A stretch of 64,000 nt of DNA from Acidobacteriota bacterium (GTDB taxonomy: Bacteria; Acidobacteriota; UBA6911; RPQK01; JADFOI01). Location of the stretch: positions 3,360,001-3,424,000 of the forward strand of contig OY760074.1 in assembly GCA_963663035.1 (NCBI GenBank). Direction: 5' to 3'. Below are positions 10,501 through 18,652 of this stretch, in pieces; position 1 is the stretch's first letter, and every line of letters starts with the position of its first letter. The translations under genes and the position numbers were made by a program. The notes under the pieces are model-generated. The model was given only the letters and a program-made list of their open reading frames with translations. It searched no databases and was not told where the DNA came from.

Positions 10501-10808
10501 TTGAGTCTGTTTGTACATCCAGCACCTGCGACCGAGACCAAACCTTCGGGAAGGTGGGACGCAATACCCTGATTATTCCGGGCCTCGCCAATGTGGACTT
10601 GTCCTTCACCAAAAAGACGGGGATCGGCGAAAACGTGAGTGTGCAGTTTCGGGCTGAGATGTTCAACATCTTCAACCGCCCCAACTTTGAAGGTCCGAGC
10701 GTCAGAGTCTTCAGGACCCGCAGCAGAACTGATAGCAGTGCGGGATTTATAGGCGGTACGATCGTGCCGATGCGCCAGGTCCAGTTCGGTCTGAGAATCG
10801 TCTTCTAA
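7557..10808 (+). CDS. TonB-dependent receptor (Oar-like), TBDR2
   Basis: Paralog of TBDR1 with signal peptide and the same conserved blocks; ends QFGLRIVF. Confidence 0.93.
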   Translation: MSKKLLGISIILLAAVICSPAVLGQGTTGAIFGTVQDSTGAVLPGAEVTVTQVETGRSRVIISDDEGRYRAQSLNIGNYEVTASLPGFQTSVRSGISLTIGREAVVDFTLSIGEITERVTVTSEASLVATTSGSLGSLVDRQTVLELPLNGRDMTVLLTLQAGVVNPRTNNTGTSSGFSQQISISGARPHDNSILLDGTEVKGMDQSVPAGMSGNFIGSEAIQEFKIERNSYSAQFGGASGGVINVVSKAGTNEFHGSIYEFHRNDVLDAAEFRAATIVDSSGAFAGKDKQPFIRNQFGFSVGGPIIPNKTFFFGNYEGLRDRLSSTGFMTTFTDAKRLDPTIDPEVLPYLELWPRAGSLGVDLGDGRSREPIGRSQPTNENFYQVRIDHNISDADSIFARVTRQTSNRIRTENIPVWSHDNFANNLFFTLEEKKIFSPQVLNSFRVGFNRRGIGEFSSETPEQNPSLRFVPDEFWRSPLGAPPVVGRINISGMSGVGLSRGWVDRKVNSFEFLDDVIYNRGPHSLKFGATIRRIHLNGQNPSRIGGEFAFSDIDDFLAGEPNRFRGDIQPTSDSTRGIRYWIAGWYIQDDWQVTPHLNLNMGFRHEFYTVPYEVNGKTANLKNPLTDTSITLLDQAVDSAGAPLGGGRLGNDWFENPSFKSFMPRLGLAWDPTGSGMTAVRAGFGIFYNHIQSEVFRQASFRTQPFLIETNIRGSGNDIPFPNIYDPVVNQGLGQGDMHLFPYDWAKNPHMLQWNLNVQQEIFNQTAVTVGYAGARGISLQTSINLNQPLTHEVIDGRVTFPDDAVVANPFWEIDLQTRAQAADSYYNSLQMGLQRRFRDGWQLQVSYTFSKTQDTSSQTNPTFGNEGGGIVYTYLPHMRKSLAAFHLANSFSSSAVWQLPFGSGKPFGSNWTGLMDKILGGWQLSTIVTIADGSPDSIEESESSFLSNLSIETNTPDEASGGSNNPVLGDPDLYFDPAAFESVCTSSTCDRDQTFGKVGRNTLIIPGLANVDLSFTKKTGIGENVSVQFRAEMFNIFNRPNFEGPSVRVFRTRSRTDSSAGFIGGTIVPMRQVQFGLRIVF

Positions 10809-10838
10809 GAGACGCCGGGCTGATTTAAGAAGCGAAAC

Positions 10839-10869
10839 GTGCCCCCTGAAGCCAGGCTTCAGGGGGCAC
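10839..10869 (+). terminator. GC-rich hairpin, probable terminator after TBDR2
   Basis: GTGCCCCCTGAAGC-CAG-GCTTCAGGGGGCAC. Confidence 0.75.
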
Positions 10870-11051
10870 TTGCGGTTTTACACCCATCTGCACCAGGTTG
10901 GATCCCTGTTTTCCTGAAGGTGAGAGGAGCCTCTACGGAAAGCACGGTGCTCCGGAGGTCTCTCCTGAGAATCAACTAACTTAGCAGGCAGTGACCAAGA
11001 GTTGTCTGGGGATTCAGCGCCTTGAGCCAAGTCTCCTCAGGAGCCCTTGCG

Positions 11052-11223
11052 ATTCAATAAATTGTTGAATTATTCAAAAAATTGAACCGTCGGAAAGCAA
11101 CAGCTGCTGAAAACAAAGCAGTTAGGTCATTGGCACAGATCTTGCTTTCTGTGCCAAACGACGTTAGAAAAAGTTAAGAAACTATAGATTTAACTTGAAC
11201 TATGGTCTCATTTAGTTTCTAAT
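11052..11223 (+). promoter_or_regulatory. Promoter module of TBDR3 (dyad sites, sigma54 box, sigma70-like promoter)
   Basis: ATTCAA-N7-TTGAAT 11052-11070, TTCAAAAAATTGAA 11073-11086, TGGCACAGATCTTGCT 11131-11146, TTGAAC-N17-TCTAAT 11195-11223. Confidence 0.8.
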
Positions 11224-11321
11224 AGGGCGCGAAAAGGCACAATAATCTTTGACTTCATTCATTTTATAAGTTTTGTGTATCAAGTTTCAGAACATTTCAA
11301 TCTTTAACTCGAGGAGTATCC

Positions 11322-14300
11322 ATGTCTAAAATTTACTTAGGACTATTTGTCATTCTGTTGGCGGCAGTGATCTGTAGCCCGGCCGTCTTGGGACAAACGA
11401 CTGCAACCATCTTTGGAGTTGTCCAGGATTCGACGGGAGCGGTGCTGCCGGGGGCCGAAGTGACGGTCACCCAGGTAGAGACGGGGAGATCCAGGGTTCT
11501 CATTTCCGATGATGAAGGCAGATACCGCGCTTCCAATTTGAATGTGGGGAACTATGAAATCGAGGCCAGCCTGCCCGGCTTTCAGACCGCGGCCAGAAGT
11601 GGAGTCGAGCTGAACATCGGCCGGCTGGCCGAGGTGGACTTCACCCTGACGGTAGGAGAGATCACCGAGAGGGTGACAGTTACCGGTGAGGCACCCTTGA
11701 TTCAGACCACCTCCAGCAGCCTGGGCGATCTGGTCGACCGAAACACAGTGCTCAATCTCCCCCTCAACGGGCGTGACCTGACGGCTCTGCTCACCTTGCA
11801 ATCGGGAACGACTGTCTCTACCAGTGCCAGCACGGGAGCCAGCCCCGGATTTAGCACCAAGATCAGTATTTCAGGAGCCCGGCCTCAGGACAACGCCGTC
11901 TTGTTGGATGGAACAGAAGTGAAGGGCATGGATGGAGGCGTCCCGGCCGGTATGGCGGGGAACTTTGTTGGTATTGAGGCCATCCAGGAGTTCAAGATCG
12001 AGAGAAACGCCTACAGTGCCCAGTTTGGGGGCAATGCGGGCGGCGTCATCAATGTCGTCAGCAAATCGGGCACCAATGATTTTCATGGCTCCCTCTATGA
12101 GTTCCATCGAAACGACAATCTGGATTCAGCCAAATGGGAGACCAACCGGGCTGGCGGAGAGAAAGACGAGTTCAAGCGCAACCAGTTCGGGTTCAGTATT
12201 GGAGGTCCAGCCATCAGAAACAAGACCTTCTTTTTCTTTAACTACGAAGGCCTGAGGGACAGGCTGGGCGTGACAAGTCAACCGGTAGTATGGACCGACG
12301 CCACACGAAACGGACTGCTGCCGCTGGTTGGCGGAGAAGTTGTGACCGGCGCACCTCTGGTGCCCTACACAATTGCTCCCAATCTGTCTGTGGGTGGCGT
12401 ATCCTATCTGGACCTGTGGCCAAGGGCAGATGCCTCGTCACAGGATACGGGGGAGGGAACGGCGCGAAAGACCATCTCAATATCACAAGCCACCGATGAG
12501 AACTTTTACCAGTTGCGCGTTGACCACAACCTGTCGGATTCCGACTCCATATTTGGGCGGCTCACCCGCCAGACCTCCGAACAGGTGACCCCGCCGCTGT
12601 TCTTCTGGGCCACTGAGTCCTTCGCCCCCAATTTCTTTCTCACTCTAGAAGAGAAAAAGATTTTCTCGCCTCACGTCCTGAACACCTTTCGGGCGGCCTT
12701 TAACCGCCGCGGGCAGGGGCAACGTTCCTTTGAAGAAGGCCTGGACCCCTCTCTTGACGTCCTGAAATTCGTTCCCCTGGCCAATTGGCAGGCCCCCTTG
12801 GGTGCCCAGTGGAGTCAGGGTAGTATCGGCGGCACCGGCGCCTCTGGTGTTGGCCTTGGACGCGGCTGGGTCGATCGCAAGATCAATCGTTTTCAATGGG
12901 CTGACGATCTGGTCTGGAACCAGGGCAGCCACTCCTGGAAATTTGGCTTTGACTGGCAGGTCATTCAACACAATGGCGCCAATCCATCGCGCCCAGCCGG
13001 TGCCTACACCTTTAGCGGTATCGAGGACTTTCTGCTGGATGCGGATGTTAGTGGATTCAGAGGCGACATCTCGCCCAATTCCGAAGGCGTCCGAGGTCTG
13101 CGCTGGGATATCTTTGGCTGGTACGTTCAGGACGATTTCCAAGCGACTCGCAATTTGACCTTGAACCTGGGCTTTCGGCACGAATTTTTCACCGTGCCCT
13201 ACGAAGTCAATGGCAAGATCGGCAACATTAAGGATCCTGTGAATGACGGGTTGGCCGACTATATCGTAGGAGACTGCAACGTGAACAGTGAGCCTTGCGC
13301 CAGCTTCCCGAACAGGGGAGAGGACTGGTTTTTAAATCCTTCCATAAAGAGCTTCGCACCCCGCATCGGTTTCGCCTGGGATCCCACAGGTGAAGGGAAG
13401 ATGGCCCTCCGAGGTGGAGCTGGAATCTTCTGGAATCATATCGCGCCTGGGACTTTCCGCCAGGCGGTCCACCGCACTCACCCCTGGTTGATTGAAACAA
13501 ACATCCGCAGCGGCGGCAAGATAACACTCCCCGACGGATCCGTCGTAGATATTCCCTTTCCCGGGATTTTTGATTTGATAGCGTCTCAGCCTATTATTGG
13601 CGATATTCAGGGATTCCCGTATGACTACGCAGACAATCCTTCCGCCTACCAGTGGAACCTGAACATCCAGCGCGAGATCCTTGCCAACACCGCACTGACG
13701 GTGGGTTACGCTGGAACACGAGGGCTCAACCAGGTCCAGCAAGTCAATCTCAATACTGCTACGGCCACTGAAGTTAATGGCCGCTGGGTATTCCCGGATG
13801 GTGCCGCGCGGCCCTCCCATCCGGACTTTCAACACTTGAACCTGCGTTGGCGAGACACCTCGGCGGACGCCTGGTACAACAGTCTGCAAGTGGGTGTTCA
13901 GCGGCGCTTTTCGAGCGGTTATCAGTATCAACTCTCCTATACCTTCTCCAAGACCATGAACACGGCCTCTCAGATCAACAATGACTTCCGTGCTGGTGAA
14001 GGCGCAACCATGGAGTATTATTTTGACCCGGCCATGCGGACGGGCCTGGCGCCCTGGCATGTGGCGCAGTCCTTCCGGGCCAGCTGGGTGGCTGAGCTGC
14101 CCTTGGGTCAGGGTAAGGCCTTTGGCGGCGGTATGACGGGCGTGGCACAGGCGCTCCTGGGTGGCTGGCAGGCAGGGGGCATTTTGAGCCTGTCTGACGG
14201 ATCACCGGTGACCATCGACATGTCAAGTCCCAGATCCAACTCCTTGAGCGGTCTGGGATTGGGAAATACCCAGCCTGACCTGATGCCCGGAGGCGATAAC

Positions 14301-14669
14301 AATCCGGTCTTCGATGGTCCGGGCCGTGGGGACCTTTATTTTGACGTGAACCAATTTGTGCTTCCTCCTGAGAACGTAGGGGGAATTTGGGATGGTGATA
14401 TCAGAACCATCGGTAATTTAGGCCGCGCCACCTTGATTAATCCGGGCTTTGCCCAGCTGGACTTCTCGCTGGGTAAAAGCTCCTATGCAACAGAAGACCT
14501 CAACGTGGAAGTTAAATTCGAGGGTTTCAACCTTCTCAACCGGGCCAATTTGGGTACCCCAGACGACACTATTTTCAGCTCGAGCGGACGAAGGCGTAGT
14601 AGTGCCGGCCGCATCGGCAGTACCCGCGGCGAGCGCCAGATCCAGATCGGCCTGAGACTTTCCTTTTAA
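11322..14669 (+). CDS. TonB-dependent receptor (Oar-like), TBDR3
   Basis: Paralog of TBDR1/2; GAGGAG RBS; ends QIGLRLSF. Confidence 0.93.
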   Translation: MSKIYLGLFVILLAAVICSPAVLGQTTATIFGVVQDSTGAVLPGAEVTVTQVETGRSRVLISDDEGRYRASNLNVGNYEIEASLPGFQTAARSGVELNIGRLAEVDFTLTVGEITERVTVTGEAPLIQTTSSSLGDLVDRNTVLNLPLNGRDLTALLTLQSGTTVSTSASTGASPGFSTKISISGARPQDNAVLLDGTEVKGMDGGVPAGMAGNFVGIEAIQEFKIERNAYSAQFGGNAGGVINVVSKSGTNDFHGSLYEFHRNDNLDSAKWETNRAGGEKDEFKRNQFGFSIGGPAIRNKTFFFFNYEGLRDRLGVTSQPVVWTDATRNGLLPLVGGEVVTGAPLVPYTIAPNLSVGGVSYLDLWPRADASSQDTGEGTARKTISISQATDENFYQLRVDHNLSDSDSIFGRLTRQTSEQVTPPLFFWATESFAPNFFLTLEEKKIFSPHVLNTFRAAFNRRGQGQRSFEEGLDPSLDVLKFVPLANWQAPLGAQWSQGSIGGTGASGVGLGRGWVDRKINRFQWADDLVWNQGSHSWKFGFDWQVIQHNGANPSRPAGAYTFSGIEDFLLDADVSGFRGDISPNSEGVRGLRWDIFGWYVQDDFQATRNLTLNLGFRHEFFTVPYEVNGKIGNIKDPVNDGLADYIVGDCNVNSEPCASFPNRGEDWFLNPSIKSFAPRIGFAWDPTGEGKMALRGGAGIFWNHIAPGTFRQAVHRTHPWLIETNIRSGGKITLPDGSVVDIPFPGIFDLIASQPIIGDIQGFPYDYADNPSAYQWNLNIQREILANTALTVGYAGTRGLNQVQQVNLNTATATEVNGRWVFPDGAARPSHPDFQHLNLRWRDTSADAWYNSLQVGVQRRFSSGYQYQLSYTFSKTMNTASQINNDFRAGEGATMEYYFDPAMRTGLAPWHVAQSFRASWVAELPLGQGKAFGGGMTGVAQALLGGWQAGGILSLSDGSPVTIDMSSPRSNSLSGLGLGNTQPDLMPGGDNNPVFDGPGRGDLYFDVNQFVLPPENVGGIWDGDIRTIGNLGRATLINPGFAQLDFSLGKSSYATEDLNVEVKFEGFNLLNRANLGTPDDTIFSSSGRRRSSAGRIGSTRGERQIQIGLRLSF

Positions 14670-14700
14670 GCAGAAGGCGGGCTGATTGAAGAAGCGAAAG

Positions 14701-14731
14701 GTGCCCCCTGAAGCCAGGCTTCAGGGGGCAC
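14701..14731 (+). terminator. GC-rich hairpin, probable terminator after TBDR3
   Basis: GTGCCCCCTGAAGC-CAG-GCTTCAGGGGGCAC. Confidence 0.75.
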
Positions 14732-14824
14732 TTGCTATTTTGCACCTAATTGCAAGAGGGTATCGCTTTTGGTGCTTGGGTGGTGGTATTGTGTTTTTTT
14801 CCATGGGGCACTGTTCGAGTTAAT

Positions 14825-14913
14825 TCGGCACCTGAGGTGCCTTGGCACAAGTGCCTCTCACCTTGAGGCTGGTTCCCTATCTTCCTGAAGGTGGGAGGCG
14901 CCTCAGGCGCCGA
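14825..14913. repeat. Inverted pair of REP-like palindromes
   Basis: TCGGCACCTGAGGTGCCT (14825-14842) and GTGGGAGGCGCCTCAGGCGCCGA (14891-14913) are near reverse complements. A fragment, CCTCAGGCGCCG, also occurs at ~7256. Confidence 0.5.
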
Positions 14914-14934
14914 ATCATAACGGAGGAGAATTTA

Positions 14935-16689
14935 ATGAACAAGCACGGTTGGCATTCTTTTCAGGCTTTTCTATTACTCACGGTACTCTTTTTCACGCTG
15001 GGACCGGTTGCAGCTCAGAGCACCGGCAGCCCGCCTCCTGAAGTCCTTGCCTATGCGGATCTGGTTTTTTACAACGGCAAGATTTTAACGGCCGATGAGC
15101 AGTTCACCATCGTCCAGGCGGTGGCCATTCGAGACGGGAAGTTTCTGGCCCGTGGAGATGACAGGAGGATCCTGGCCATGGCCGGGCCCCGAACGCGGCG
15201 AGTTGACCTGGAGGGCCGCAGCGCGATTCCCGGGTTTATTGATACCCACTTGCATTCCGCTTGGGTGACCAGCCCGCGCCGGGCAACTGGGGAGGCGGCC
15301 GTGCGCCCCGCAGCACCGCGGATAAACTTCGACTCGCTGGAAAATGCCCTGGAGGGTTTACGGGCCCGCGTGGCAGAGGCCCAGCCTGGCGAGGTCATTG
15401 CGCTGAGCGGACCCAGCAACCCAGTCGTGAACCACGAGCTCAACGTCACTCTTCTGGATGAGATTGCTCCGGACAATATGCTCTGGATTGAAGCTTCCAA
15501 TGATCAGATTGTGGGCAATAGCCTGGTTATGGCCAAAATTCCTGAAGGAATTCCGGGCGTCATCACAGACGAGCAGGGTCGTAGGACAGGCCACCTGAGA
15601 GGAGCGGCTGCCGGGATTCCCACCTATGAGCTGGAGCCCTGGCCGGATGTGGAGCTTTTACTGGAACCTCAGATCGACTCCTTCCGACGCTACAATGAGT
15701 TGGGACTGACCACCCTGATGGGGCGTGCCGGCGGTCTGTCGGTAACCGTCTTTAGGGATTTGATGGTGCAGGATGCACTCACCATGAGAGTTCGTGTCCA
15801 CCACCACTTCCTGCGTCAGAATGGATTTGCCGAGGCCTACTTGAAAAGAATGGGGAACCTGACCGGTGTGGGCAACGAAATGTTCAAAATCGTGGGGACC
15901 TCGGTCCAGGTGGTGGATGGCACTTCCGGAAACGGGTCGGCCGCAACCACTCAAGCCAAACTCAAGATCCTTCCGGGAGATCCTTACGGACCTTTCGGCA
16001 TGAACAAGTGGGAAGAAAGTGGTGATCTGGCTACCAGTGACCGGCAAAGCATTATCCTGGCCAATCGTTACGGCTGGTCGGTGGGATCGCTGCACAGTTC
16101 TGGAGACCTGAGCAACACCCTTTTGCTGGAGGTCTTTGAGGAAGCGCATCAGGAGAGGTCCTTAGTGGGTCGCCACTTCGGAATCGATCACGGCATGATG
16201 TGGAAGCCCGAGCACTATGCAAAGATCATCGAGATGGACGTTATTCCCAGTGTCTATTCCAAGGCCCTCTACAACAACGATAATCTGGTTGAAATGTATG
16301 GAATGGACGCCGTCTACAAGATGCAGCCGGTCAAGTCCCTGATCGAGGCCGGCATCAGGCCGGCGGCGGAAGCCGACACCGGTGGTACTGCCGCGGCACC
16401 TCTGTACAACATGCAAAGGTGGATCACTCGGCGGGACGACAAAGGGCGGCAACTGGATCCGGCTGAAGCGGTCAGCCGGGAAGAAGCCCTTTACCTGTAC
16501 ACCCTCTGGGCGGCCGCCTACAGCGGGGAAGAGGACATCCTCGGTTCCATCGAAGCCGGAAAGCTGGCCGATCTGGTGGTATTGGGAGGCGACTACATGA
16601 CCTTTCCCGAAGACGATCTGGACAAACTCCGGATATTGATGACCGTGCTGGGAGGTGAAGTCGTCCACGAGGCCGACGGCGCTTTCTAA
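14935..16689 (+). CDS. Secreted amidohydrolase-3 (YtcJ-like)
   Basis: GGAGGA RBS before ATG 14935, signal peptide, YADLVFYNGKILT, IDTHLH, LHSSGD, DHG, GSIEAGKLADLVVL. Confidence 0.9.
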   Translation: MNKHGWHSFQAFLLLTVLFFTLGPVAAQSTGSPPPEVLAYADLVFYNGKILTADEQFTIVQAVAIRDGKFLARGDDRRILAMAGPRTRRVDLEGRSAIPGFIDTHLHSAWVTSPRRATGEAAVRPAAPRINFDSLENALEGLRARVAEAQPGEVIALSGPSNPVVNHELNVTLLDEIAPDNMLWIEASNDQIVGNSLVMAKIPEGIPGVITDEQGRRTGHLRGAAAGIPTYELEPWPDVELLLEPQIDSFRRYNELGLTTLMGRAGGLSVTVFRDLMVQDALTMRVRVHHHFLRQNGFAEAYLKRMGNLTGVGNEMFKIVGTSVQVVDGTSGNGSAATTQAKLKILPGDPYGPFGMNKWEESGDLATSDRQSIILANRYGWSVGSLHSSGDLSNTLLLEVFEEAHQERSLVGRHFGIDHGMMWKPEHYAKIIEMDVIPSVYSKALYNNDNLVEMYGMDAVYKMQPVKSLIEAGIRPAAEADTGGTAAAPLYNMQRWITRRDDKGRQLDPAEAVSREEALYLYTLWAAAYSGEEDILGSIEAGKLADLVVLGGDYMTFPEDDLDKLRILMTVLGGEVVHEADGAF

Positions 16690-16710
16690 GGAAATTTGTA
16701 AATGCGGTGT

Positions 16711-16744
16711 AAATGCGGGGACAGTCTACTCTGTCCCCACATTT
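16711..16744. repeat. REP-like hairpin AAATGCGGGGACAG-N6-CTGTCCCCACATTT
   Basis: 14-bp imperfect inverted repeat. Half-copies occur at 57327-57343, 59261-59280 and 60962-60972. Confidence 0.6.
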
Positions 16745-16771
16745 CCCACATTCATAGGGAGGGAGGATCTG

Positions 16772-18499
16772 ATGAACAATAAAGGTTTGCATTCTTTTCA
16801 ATGTTTCCTTTTACTCACGGTACTCTTTTTCACGCTGGGGTCAGTTGAAGCTCAGAGCCCGGGCAGCCTGCCCGCTGAAGTCCTCGCCTATGCTGACATG
16901 GTGTTTTATAACGGCAAGGTCATTACCGCCGATCAAGGGTTCACCATCGCCGAGGCGGTAGCCACTCGAGACGGGAAGTTCTTGGCCCTAGGGAACAGCC
17001 AGAGTATTCTGGCCATGGCGGGACCCTCTACGCGGCGCATTGACCTGCTGGGCCGGAGTGTCATCCCGGGGATGATTGCCACCCACCAGCACAGCTATAT
17101 AGGCAACAGCTCGAAGGCGGGTGTGAGGCTCCAGTCGACCGATGTGGCCGGTATTATGGAGGAGATCAATGCTGTCTTGGCCGAGCTCTCTCCCGGTGAG
17201 TATGCCTTCTTTAGCGGACCGAGCATCGCAGCCCTGATGTGCCATAACGAGCAGCCAGATGTACCCTGTGTAAGTCTAGCGCAGCTGGATGCGGCCGCTC
17301 CCAACAACCCACTGGCAATTGTCTTGCAGAACAATCAAGTCATCGTCAACAGCCTGCTTCTGGAGGAGCTGCCCCCGGATGTCTCTGGACTTCTGAGAGA
17401 CGAAGAGGGTCGGCCGACCGGTCAACTGAGGGGAGGGGCAGGTGGAATCGTTGTCTATGAGCTCATGCCCTGGCACGATGACGTTTTTGGGAGATCAGTC
17501 GCCGAAGAGAGGCAAAACCTCAAGCGTTGGCCTCCGCTCGGGATCACGACACTCATGGGACGGGGGCAGGGTCAGGCGATTACCATCCTGCTGGAACTGT
17601 GGAAGGCCGGGGAACTACAGACGCGTATCAGAATCGTCCATGAGTTTCTGCGTCAGAACCCAAGACCCGAAATATTCCTGAAACGCGTCGGCAACCTGAC
17701 TGGCCTCGGAGACGATTGGTTCAAAATTATCGGCGCGACCACACAGGCTGCAGATGGCACGCCATTCACCAACAAGTTCGCCAGAATCAACCTGGCCGAG
17801 AATGATTCCTACGGTCGCTTTGGGAACGACAAGTGGGGGGAAACTGGAGACCTTGCCACCAGCGAGCATCTCAATATTATCCTGGGTGCCCGCTATGGGT
17901 GGAGTCTCAAGGGCTACCACACTGCTGGTGATATGGCGAATACGAGGATGTTGGATGCGTTTGCCGAAGCCCACCAGGAAAGATCGCTCGTGGGCCGAAA
18001 CTTTGGACTGGACCACAACGAAATGGTGCGGCCCGAACACTTGGCCGCCTTGAAAGAAATGGATATCGTTACGGCCGTGAGAGGTTCATCGTTTCGTGGG
18101 AGCAACGATGGACTTTTGCACGAATTCGGCGCCGATGCCGTCAATGAGATGGGTCTAATCAAGTCACTGATTGAGGCCGGCCTCAAGCCTAGCATTGAGA
18201 TCGGAGGCGGTCTCCAATCGATTGCTGACTTCATCCTCCGACAAACGGACGATGGGCGTGTCTGGAATCCCGACGAGCGGGTCTCGCGCGAAGAGGCGCT
18301 CTGGATGTACACGCTCTGGTCGGCCCACTATAGCGGCGAGGAGGATTCCCTGGGCTCAATTGAGCCGGGGAAACTGGGCGACCTCGTGGTGTTGGGAGGC
18401 GATTACATGACCTGGCCCGAGGAAGAGCTGGGCAGTCTGCGAGTGCTCATGACCGTCGTCGGAGGCGAGGTGGTCTATGAGGCCTCCGGAGCTTTCTAA
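16772..18499 (+). CDS. Secreted amidohydrolase-3 (YtcJ-like), tandem paralog
   Basis: GGAGGA RBS before ATG 16772; leader nearly identical to the upstream paralog; IATHQH, YHTAGD, DHN, GSIEPGKLGDLVVL. Confidence 0.9.
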   Translation: MNNKGLHSFQCFLLLTVLFFTLGSVEAQSPGSLPAEVLAYADMVFYNGKVITADQGFTIAEAVATRDGKFLALGNSQSILAMAGPSTRRIDLLGRSVIPGMIATHQHSYIGNSSKAGVRLQSTDVAGIMEEINAVLAELSPGEYAFFSGPSIAALMCHNEQPDVPCVSLAQLDAAAPNNPLAIVLQNNQVIVNSLLLEELPPDVSGLLRDEEGRPTGQLRGGAGGIVVYELMPWHDDVFGRSVAEERQNLKRWPPLGITTLMGRGQGQAITILLELWKAGELQTRIRIVHEFLRQNPRPEIFLKRVGNLTGLGDDWFKIIGATTQAADGTPFTNKFARINLAENDSYGRFGNDKWGETGDLATSEHLNIILGARYGWSLKGYHTAGDMANTRMLDAFAEAHQERSLVGRNFGLDHNEMVRPEHLAALKEMDIVTAVRGSSFRGSNDGLLHEFGADAVNEMGLIKSLIEAGLKPSIEIGGGLQSIADFILRQTDDGRVWNPDERVSREEALWMYTLWSAHYSGEEDSLGSIEPGKLGDLVVLGGDYMTWPEEELGSLRVLMTVVGGEVVYEASGAF

Positions 18500-18602
18500 C
18501 CCCGGGGGCATTGACTCCCCGACAAGGGCCAGAGCCCTTTGATCTGCCCACACCCTTCAAGAGCAATGAAGATGCTGTTCGATTGCGGTTCGTTCTCCAT
18601 CA

Positions 18603-18624
18603 GAGCCGCAGGCTTTAGCCTACG
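18603..18624 (+). repeat. Single REP-like element GAGCCGCAGGCTTTAGCCTACG
   Basis: Matches the REP pair at 20142-20189. Confidence 0.55.
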
Positions 18625-18652
18625 GGCCATTTCCCTCCCCATTCCCCTTTGA

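Noticed and set aside
7206-14731. Loop inversion (CTG vs CAG) in the three identical post-TBDR hairpins as a switch
   Set aside because: It is a single-base difference, explained by point mutation or hairpin micro-inversion, with no evident functional consequence.
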